Both the position numbers and the translations under genes were made by a program. From Malacoraja senta (lineage: Eukaryota): DNA of 20,000 bases. The notes under the pieces were generated by a model. It did not search any database. It worked only from the letters and a program-made list of their open reading frames with translations, and had not been told where the DNA came from. Location: positions 59,242 to 79,241 of the forward strand of contig JAXLNO010000132.1 of the NCBI GenBank assembly GCA_038087875.1, in the 5' to 3' direction. Shown here one piece after another: positions 10,266 to 20,000 of the stretch. The number at the start of each line of letters is the position of its first letter. Position 1 is the stretch's first letter.

Positions 10266-10835
10266 CCTCTCTCTCTCCCTCTACCTCTCTATCCCTCTAC
10301 CCCTCTATCTCTCTCTCCCTCTACCTCTCTCCCTACCTCTCTCTCCCTCTACCCCTCTCTATCCCTCTACCCCTCTCTATCCCTCTACCCCTCTCTATCC
10401 CTCTACCCCTCTCTACCCCTCTACCCCTCTCTCCCTCTCTATCCCTCTATCTCTCTCTCCCTCTACCTCTCTCCCTACCTCTCTCTCCCTCTACCCCTCT
10501 ACATCCCTCTATCCCTCTACCCCTCTCTATCCCTCTACCCCTCTCTCCCTCTCTATCCCTCTACCCCTCTCTATCCCTCTACCCCTCTCTATCCCTCTAC
10601 CCCTCTCTATCCCTCTACCCCTCTCTATCCCTCTACCCCTCTCTCCCTCTCTATCCCTCTACCCCTCTCTATCCCTCTACCCCTCTCTATCCCTCTACCC
10701 CTCTCTATCCCTCTACCCCTCTCTATCCCTCTACCCCTCTCTATCCCTCTACCCCTCTCTATCCCTCTACCCCTCTCTATCCCTCTACCCCTCTCTATCC
10801 CTCTATCCCTCTACCTCTCTACCCCTCTACCCCAC
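10266..10835. repeat. 18-bp minisatellite (ATCCCTCTACCCCTCTCT)n
   Basis: The 18-nt periodicity is visible directly and is nearly perfect from ~10550 to 10800. It gives 6-aa repeats PSTPLY/PSLSLY/IPLPLS in the ORF track. Confidence 0.95.
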
Positions 10836-10838
10836 TAT

Positions 10839-11022
10839 CCCTGGTCAGACCACACCAGGAGTATTGTGTGCAGTTTTGGTCCCCTAATTTGAGGAAGGAC
10901 ATTCTTGCTATTGAGGGAGCCCAGCGTAGGTTCACCAGGTTAATTCCCAGGATGGCAGGACTGTCATATACTGAGAGAATGGAGCGGCTGGGCTTGTATA
11001 CTCTGGAGTTTAGAAGGATGAG
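10839..11022 (+). mobile_element. CR1 LINE, 5' piece (split by Rex1)
   Basis: LVRPHQEYCVQFWSPNLRKDILAIEGAQRRFTRLIP...LEFRRM; the sequence continues colinearly at 12047. Confidence 0.92.
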
Positions 11023-12046
11023 TCAAGTCAAGTCAAGTGAGTTTATTGTCATGTGTCCCTGGTAGGACAATGAAATTCTTGCTTTGCTTGAGCACAACAG
11101 AACATAGTAGGCATTTACTACAAGGCATTCTATAAATATATACACAATGGTCAATATACCGATAAAGTGCAAATAACAGTATTGGCTAGTAAAGTTCAGT
11201 GTTATGTCCGAGCCAGGTTTAATTGCCTGATGGCTGTGGGGAAGTAGATGTTCCTGAACCTGGTCGTTGCAGTCTTCATGCTCCTGTACCTTCTACCTGA
11301 AGGTAGTAGGGAGATGAGTGTGTGGCCAGGATGGTGTGGGTCCTTGATGATGCTGCCAGCCTTTTTGAGGCAGCAACTGTGGTAGATCCCCTCGATGGAA
11401 GGGAGGTCAGAGCCGATGATGGACTGGGCAGTGTTTACTACTTTTTGTAATCTTTTCCTCTCCAGGGCACTCAAGTTGCCGAACCAAGCCACGATGCAAC
11501 CGGTCAGCATGCTCTCTACTGTGCACCTGTAGAAGTTAGAGAGAGTCCTCCTTGACAAACCGACTCTCCGTAATCTTCTCAGGAAGTAGAGGCGCTGATG
11601 TGCTTTCTTAATAATGGCATCATTGTTCTCGGACCAGGAAAGATCTTCAGAGATGTGCACGCCCAGGAATTTGAAGCTCTTGACCCTTTCAACCATCGAC
11701 CCGTTGATATAAACGGGACTGTGGGTCCCCATCCTACTCCTTCCAAAGTCCACAATCAGTTCCTTGGTTTTGCTGGTGTTGAGGGCCAGGTTGTTGCGCT
11801 GGCACCATACTACTCTGACTCATCCCCATCAGTGATACGTCCCACAACAGTGGTGTCATCAGCGAACTTGATGATGGAGTTCGCACTATGTCCAGCTACG
11901 CAGTCATGAGTATAGAGTGAGTACAGCAGGGGACTGAGCACGCAGCCTTGAGGTGCTCCCGTGCTAATTGTTATAGAGTCTGACACATTTCCACCAATAC
12001 GAACAGACTGTGGTCTGAGAGTGAGGAAGTCGAGGATCCAATTGCA
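11023..12046 (-). mobile_element. 5'-truncated Rex1/Babar LINE
   Basis: [79 protein letters not shown] and LLPSGRRYRS. (CTTGA)n tail; flanked by a GATGAG direct repeat. Confidence 0.95.
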
Positions 12047-12499
12047 GATGAGAGGGAATCTCATTGAAAAACATAAGATTATTAAGAGTTTGGACACGCT
12101 AGAGGCAGGAAACATGTCCCGAATTGGGAGGAGTCCAGAACCATGGGGCCATAGTTTAACAATAAGGGGTCGGCCATTTAGAACGGAGACTAGGACAACA
12201 CTTTTTCTCAGAGAGTTGTGAATCTGTGGCCATTAGGACTGAGATGAGTAGAAACTTTTTCCACCCAGAGAGTTGCGAGTCTGTGGAATTCTCTGCCTCA
12301 GAGGGCCGGTGGAGGCCGGTTCTCTGGATGTTTTTTCAAGAGAGAGCTAGATAGGGTTCTTAAAGATGGCGGAGTCAGGGGATATGGGGAGAAGGCAGGA
12401 ACGGGGTAACTGATTGGGGATGATCAGCCATGATCACAGTGAATGGCGGTGCTGGCTCGAAGGGCCGAATGGCTCCTCCTGCACCTGTTGTCTATTGTC
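12047..12499 (+). mobile_element. CR1 LINE, 3' piece (split by Rex1)
   Basis: [19 protein letters not shown]...[14 protein letters not shown] through the CR1 terminus GGCTCGAAGGGCCGAATGGC...CCTGCACCT. Internal ~58-bp tandem duplication. Confidence 0.92.
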
Positions 12500-12526
12500 C
12501 AGTGAAGGTGATTTGACTATATTGCT

Positions 12527-12725
12527 GTAGACAAAAATGCTGGAGAAACTCAGCGTGTGAGGCAGCATCTATGGAGCAAAGGAAATGGTTCTTGAGTCTG
12601 AAGAAGGGTCTCGACCCGAATCGTCACCTATTCCTTCTCTCCGTAGATGCTGCCTCACCCGCTGAGTTACTCCAGCATTTTGTGTATACCTTTGATTTTC
12701 CAGCATCTGCAGTTCCTTCTTAAAC
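12527..12725. mobile_element. Palindromic element built from inverted Penelope-like termini
   Basis: Arms 12527-12586 and 12629-12689 are imperfect reverse complements (AAAATGCTGGAG.AACTCAGCG.GTGAGGCAGCATCTA). The right arm is homologous to the PLE 3' end at 17676-17774. Confidence 0.75.
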
Positions 12726-12935
12726 ATTTAGACGATATTGTTGTCTCGTTATTCCATTCCATTGCGGTTCTTACAAAGAACGAGTCGTTATAAATATCTG
12801 CCCTGGCCAATGGTGTTTCTATTCCAGATCATTTTATCTTTCCTGTCCTATGTGTTGAGTACGTTATGTATCTATCTGCAGTTAGGCCCACGGTTGGCAG
12901 GAATGGGTCCTATGTTCACCCAAATCCTCTGTCCC

Positions 12936-12942
12936 AGAGAGA

Positions 12943-13019
<77 letters not shown>

Positions 13020-13252
13020 ACAGAGAAAGAGAGAGAGAGAGAGACAGCGGGAGACACAGAGAGAGACAGACAGAGAGAGAGATAGGGAGAGACAGAGGGA
13101 GAGACAGGGAGAGAGACAGGGAGAGAGAGAGAATGAGAGAGACAGAGAGAAAGAGAGAGACAAAGAGAAAGAGAGAGACAGAGAGAAAGAGAGAGATAGA
13201 CAGGGACAGAGAGAGAGAGAGAGAGACAGAGAGAGAGAGCGAGCGAGAGAGA
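12936..13252. repeat. (GA)n / (GAGACA)n microsatellite
   Basis: Pure (GA)n at ~12946-13015, followed by degenerate GA/GACA repeats. Confidence 0.97.
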
Positions 13253-15428
13253 CATTAGAAACATAGAAAATAGGTAAAGGAGTAGGCCATTCAGCCCTTC
13301 GAGCCTGCACCACCATTCAATATGATCATGGCTGATCATCCAACTCAGTATCCTGCCTATCCTGTACCTGCCCTTCTCTCCATACCCCCTGATCCCTTTA
13401 GCCACAAGGGCCACATATAACTCCCTCTTAAATATAGTCAATGAACTGCCTACAACTACCTTCTGAGGCAGAGAATTCCACAGATTCACCACTCTGTGTG
13501 AAAATGATTTTCTCATCTCGGTCCTAAAAGACTTCCCCCTTATCCTTAAACTATGACCCCTTGTTCTGGACTTCCCCAACATCGGGAACAATCTTCTGCA
13601 TCTAGCCTGTCCAACCACTGAAGAATTTTGTAAGTTTCTATGAGATCCCTCCTCAATCTTCTAAATTCTAGCGAGTACAAGCCGAGTCTATCAGTCTTTC
13701 TTCATATGAAAGTCCTGCCATCCCAGGAATCAGTCTGGTGAGCCTTCTCTGTACTCCCTCTATGCAAGAATGTCTTTCCTCAGATTAGGAAACCAAAACT
13801 GTACGCAATAGTCCAGGTGTGGTCTCACCAAGACCCTGTACAACTGCAGTAGAACCTCCCTGCTCTTATACTCAAATCCTTTTGCTATGAATGCTAACAT
13901 ACCATTCGCTTTCTTCACTGCCTGCTGCACATGCATGCCTACTTTCAATGACTGGTGTCCATGACACCCAGGTCTCGTTGCATCTCCCCTTTTCCTAATC
14001 GGCCACCATTCAGATAATATTCTACTTTCCTGTTTTGCCACCAAAGAGGATAACCTCACATTTATCCACATTATACTGCATCTGCCATGCATTTGCCCAC
14101 TCACCCAACCTAACCAAGTCACCTTGCAGCCTCCTAGCAGCCTTCGTGTCATCTGCAAACATGGAGATGTTGCATTCAATTCCCTCATCCAGATCATTAA
14201 TATACATTGTAAATAGCTGGGTCCTAGTGACCCCTCTAGTCTCTGCCTGCCATTCTGAAAAGGACCCGTTTACTCCTACTCTTTGCTTCCTGTCTGCCAT
14301 CCAGTTCTCTATCCACATCAATACTGAACCCCCAATACCGTGTGCTTTAAGTTTGCATACTAATCTCTTATGTGGGACCTTGTCGAAAGTCTTCTGAAAG
14401 TCCAGATATAACACATCCACTGGTTCTCCCTTATCCACTCTACTAGTTACATCCTCGAAAAATTCTATAAGATTCTTCAGACATGATTTACCTTTCATAA
14501 ATCCATGCTGACTTTGTCCAATGATTTCACCACTTTCCAAATGTGCTGCTATCCCATCTTTAATAACTGACTCTAGCGGTTTCCCACTACCGATGTTAGA
14601 CTAACTGGTCTGTAATTCCCGTTTTCTCTCTCCCTCCCTTTTTAAAAAGTGGGTTACATTAGCTACCCTCCACTCCTCAGGAACTACTCCAGAATCTAAA
14701 GAGTTATGAAAAATTACCACTAATGCATCCACTATTTCTGGGACTACTTCCTTAAGTACTCTGGGATGCAGCCTATCTGGCCCTGGTGATTTATCGGCCT
14801 TTAATCCATTCAATTTACCTAACACCACTTCCCGGCTAACCTGGATTTCACACAGTTCATCCATCTCATTTGACCCCGGTCCCATGCTATTTCCGGCAGA
14901 TTATTTATGTCTTCCTTAAAGAAGACAGAACCAAAGTAGTTATTCAATTGGTCTGCCATGTCCTTGTTACCCATGATCAATTCGCCTGTTTCTGACTGCA
15001 AGGGACCTACATTTGTTTTAATTAATCTTTTCTCTTCACATATCTATAAAATCTTTTGCAGTCGAGTTTTGTTCCCTGCCAGTTTTCTTTCATAATCTAT
15101 TTTCCCTTTCCTAATTAAGCCCTTTGTCCTCCTCTGCTAGACTCTGAATTTCTCCCAGTCCTCTGGTAGGCTGCTTTTTCTGGCTAATTTGTATGCTTCA
15201 TCTTGATACTATCCCTGATTCCCTTGTTATCCACGGATGATCTACCGTCCCTGATTTATTCTTTTGCCAAACTGGGATGAACAATTGTTGTAGTTCATCC
15301 ATGCAGTCTTTAAATGGCTTCCATTGCATATCCACCGTCAACCCTTTAAGAATCACTTGCCAGTCTATCTTGGCCAATTCACGTCTCATACCCTCAAAGT
15401 TACCCTTCTTTAAGTTCAGAACCCTTGT
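13253..15428 (-). mobile_element. 5'-truncated, frameshifted CR1 LINE (RT region)
   Basis: Tail TAGAAACATAGAAAATAGG at 13256. KSPGPDRLHPRVLKE, QHGFMKGKSCL, YLDFQKTFDKVPH, FADDTK and RPHLDYCVQFW occur in broken frames. Confidence 0.96.
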
Positions 15429-15429
15429 T

Positions 15430-16790
15430 AAATAAATACAAAATTTACTCTCAATGGTATTATTATCAAACACACTATGAGCTATACTTACCTTAGTCTA
15501 ACTGTTGCAGCATCAGGGAGCTTCAATATGGCAGTGAATGCACTAAAAGAGAAAGCTCGATGAGGCTCTGTATGCAATAAAAAGAGATTCTACAACATCC
15601 AATTCCAATTAAAATCTGGCTTAAATATTTGACAGTATAATCCAGCCTATTGCGCTTTATGGCAGTGAAGTATGGCAGTTATAGTAAATGGGAAAAACAT
15701 ATAACGGAGGCCCTGCATGCGGAATTTTGTTGGAACATCCTCCGCATCCAAAGGAAAACAAACGCATGTAGGGCGGAATTAGGCAGATACCCACTGATAA
15801 TAAATATCCAGAAAAGAGCACTAAATTTTTGGAATCATCTTAAATCTAGCCCCCCAGATACCCTCCAGTTTAAAGCCGTTAAAACACAAGAGGGGAGCCC
15901 AGAAAAGAGTTCCCTGTGTCAGTTGGTACTGAGACTAACAACCCCTATTCAGTTAAACCCTATCCAGTTAAACCCTGACCACCTCAGATCAATACTGATC
16001 CCCTATCACCAGTTAGAGTGAACCAAATTATCAAACAATGTAAAGAAACGTATTTGGAACATTGGGATAAAGAAACCAAAAGCCAAAGCAGATTAGAATG
16101 TTACCGTGCCCTAAAAAGAGAATTATAAATTGGCACACTATCTCTCAACTGTTAGAGACCATAAAGCAGAGACAGACCCTCACCAAATACATGTTATGCG
16201 ACCACTATTTGGCAGTTGAAAAGGAAGACAGAAGAGATTACTGGCAACCAAGAGAAAGCAGAATATGCGGCCACTGTTTGACAGATGAGGTTGAAACAGA
16301 GGTGCACTTCCCTCCTAAATGCAAAAAATGTGACAAAACAAGGAAAACATACTTTGACAAACTCAGTCTGGCAACCCCTGATTTTAAAGAACTAGATGAC
16401 ACATCAAAACTAAGAATAATCCTTGGTGAAGGAACTACGGCACATCTTGGTGCACAATACGTACGAGCATGCCATAACCTGAGAGACGGTGAATGACCAA
16501 TATGCACATATGTACGCACACACTAATTGACATTAACTGACACTAAGAAATTAATATTGAATTGCTAATCTTGCTATTCTGTTGTACTGCTTACAGCTGC
16601 AAGAACATGTAGCAATCAGTAATGGGCTATAGGCCTATTGCGAGTTTATGTACAGGGACATATCTATCCATGCACTATACTTGTATTTATACATGGCATT
16701 TAAATATGTATGTCATGTTTTATACTTTGGCAATATAACAATGTATTTTTTATCATGCCAATAACGTTTTTAATTGAAATTGAAAATTGA
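15430..16790 (+). mobile_element. 5'-truncated RTE-X-like non-LTR retrotransposon (post-RT region, CCHC motif, 3' UTR)
   Basis: Reconstructed IIQPIALYGSEVW, ACRAELGRYPL, HYLAVE and RICGHCLTDEVETEVHFPPKC (C-x2-C-x9-H-x4-C). Stop at 16496. Terminus GCCAATAA...AATTGAAATTGAAAATTGA runs into (GA)n. The clade assignment is from recalled similarity to fish RTE-X. Confidence 0.75.
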
Positions 16791-16848
16791 GAGAGACAGA
16801 GAGTGAGACAGAGGAGAGAGAGAGAGACAGAGGAGAAGGGGGAGAGAC

Positions 16849-16879
<31 letters not shown>

Positions 16880-16955
16880 CAGAGAGAGGGGGAAAGACAG
16901 AGACAGAGATACAGAGAGTGACAGAGAGAGAGACAGAGAGAGAAAGAGAAACAGA

Positions 16956-16986
<31 letters not shown>

Positions 16987-17105
16987 TGAGATAGAGAGGG
17001 AGAAAGACAGTTGCAGAGAGAGAGAGACGAGAGGGACAGAGAGAGGGAGAGACAGACAAAGTGAAAGAGAGAGAGAGACAGAAAACGAGAGAGACAGACA
17101 GAGAG
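16789..17105. repeat. Degenerate (GA)n/(GACA) microsatellite
   Basis: Directly visible purine-rich dinucleotide repeat. Confidence 0.95.
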
Positions 17106-17184
17106 TGCTGGAGTAACTCAGCGGGTCAGGCAGGCATCTGTGGAGAGAAGGAATGGGTGGACATTTTGGGTCGAGACCCTTCTT
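17105..17184 (-). mobile_element. Penelope-like terminus fragment
   Basis: TGCTGGAGTAACTCAGCGGGTCAGGCAG.CATCTGTGGAGAGAAGGAAT...GGGTCGAGACCCTTCTT is the approximate reverse complement of 12601-12678. Confidence 0.75.
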
Positions 17185-17186
17185 TG

Positions 17187-17472
17187 CTTTAGTTTAGTTT
17201 AGAGATGCAGCGCGGAAACAGGTCTTCGGCCCACGGAGTCCAAGCCGACCAGCGATCACCCCGTACACTAGCACTATCCTACGCACATTAGGAACGATTT
17301 AACAATTTTGCGGAGGCCGATTAATCTACAACCCTTAATGTCTTTGAATGTTGGAGGAAACCGGAGCACCCAGAGTAAAAACCCACGCAGGTCAAGGGGA
17401 GCACCCGTAGTCAGGATCGTACCTGGGTCTCTGGCGGTGAGGCGGCAACTGTACAGCTGCACCCCTGTGCCG
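17187..17472 (-). mobile_element. tRNA-derived SINE (HE1/V-SINE-like) with (CTAAA)n tail
   Basis: TTTAGTTTAGTTTAG tail, GGAGGAAACCGGAGCACCC...AAAACCCACGCAGGTCA core, and degenerate A/B boxes. Homologous to 9300-9454. Confidence 0.9.
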
Positions 17473-17530
17473 TGCAGAATTATATAACGGTTTCCTCCAC
17501 CATAAATGCACCCAATATGTGCTAGTAATG

Positions 17531-17774
17531 GTGGCCTGAACGTTGAATTCTCCAATTCTGCTAGCCCTGGCTGTCCCCTCCCCTTCATCAGCCATCTGTG
17601 TGTCTCCTCCCTCCCCCCAGCCCTCGGGCTCCTCCTCCGCCTTTCCTTTTTTCCTTTCTTCTCCCCACCCCTATCAGTCTGAAGAAGGGTTTCGGCCCGA
17701 AACGTTACCTATTTCCTTTGCTCCATAGATGCTGCTGCACACCGCTGAGTTTCCTCCAGCATTTTTTGTGTACC
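17531..17774 (+). mobile_element. 5'-truncated Penelope-like element 3' end with 14-bp TSD
   Basis: Starts with GLNVEFSN (PLE GIY-YIG C-terminal G.N motif), then a pyrimidine-rich UTR, a hammerhead-like core and the terminus. Flanked by exact ATGTGCTAGTAATG at 17517-17530 and 17775-17788. Confidence 0.82.
17676..17710 (+). ncRNA. Putative minimal type I hammerhead ribozyme motif
   Basis: CTGAAGA (17679-17685) - A - GGGT TTCG GCCC stem II - GAAA (17699-17702) - CGTT, with a palindromic stem III (AACGTT). Stem I is only ~2 bp. Confidence 0.55.
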
Positions 17775-17833
17775 ATGTGCTAGTAATGTCCTGTTTGCCA
17801 GCTTGTTGACCCTCTGTGTTCCCCCTCCTGCAG

Positions 17834-19734
<1,901 letters not shown>

Positions 19735-19785
19735 ATTTGCTGAATAACAGAAAGCAGTCAAATTTAAAGAGAATTTCCCCAGCAG

Positions 19786-19791
19786 AATAAA
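19786..19791 (+). terminator. Candidate polyadenylation signal AATAAA
   Basis: AATAAA ~50 nt after the last finger's stop (19734), in AT-rich sequence. Confidence 0.35.
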
Positions 19792-20000
19792 GTTATGGAA
19801 ATCTTTGAAGCTTAGTTTGTACTAACCATTGAAACAATGTATTAACAAAGTATTAACATAGAGATGTATTGTCTGGGCACAGCACCAAATTAGATACGTG
19901 TTCTGAACTGCCTGTCCCAGCTAAGGACAAGGTAGTGGCTTTCATCCAAGTCTTTACAAGCTTGTTTTAGTTCACAGACGGATGCCCCATTCTAGAACCA

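Noticed and set aside
9002..11065. Long ORFs (272, 236, 249, 295 aa) rich in S/L/P
   Set aside because: They are open only because CT-rich repeats lack stop codons, and they run through SINE, minisatellite and CR1 sequence.
12738..13618. ER-repeat and SL-repeat ORFs (also 16700-17059)
   Set aside because: Translations of (GA)n microsatellites.
17155..17184. Third hammerhead-like copy on the minus strand
   Set aside because: The core is lost (CTG missing, GAAAC changed to AAAAT), so it is kept only as a repeat fragment.

Overview
Vertebrate genomic DNA, most likely from a cartilaginous fish (skate/ray-like; inferred from HE1/V-SINE-type SINEs, abundant CR1 LINEs with (TTTCTATG)n tails and the style of the zinc-finger gene). 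Most of the window is a nested mosaic of non-LTR retrotransposons: several CR1 subfamilies, L2, Rex1/Babar, RTE-X-like, Penelope-like elements (PLEs), tRNA-derived SINEs and one hAT-like end, plus micro- and minisatellites. The only host gene is a KRAB-less tandem C2H2 zinc-finger gene on the + strand. It has a candidate CpG-rich first exon (~9933-10097), a ~7.7 kb repeat-filled intron and a large finger exon (17834-19734, ~22 finger units) broken by ~9 single-base indels that look more like long-read errors than true decay. The most notable non-obvious signals are: minimal hammerhead-ribozyme cores in PLE termini inside the ZNF intron, one bounded by an exact 14-bp target-site duplication just upstream of the splice acceptor; a hidden N-terminal finger that puts the exon in frame with the upstream CpG exon; and several nested insertions that can be reconstructed. 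No clearly novel biological system can be established from the sequence alone. Family names come from recalled motif similarity, not database searches.
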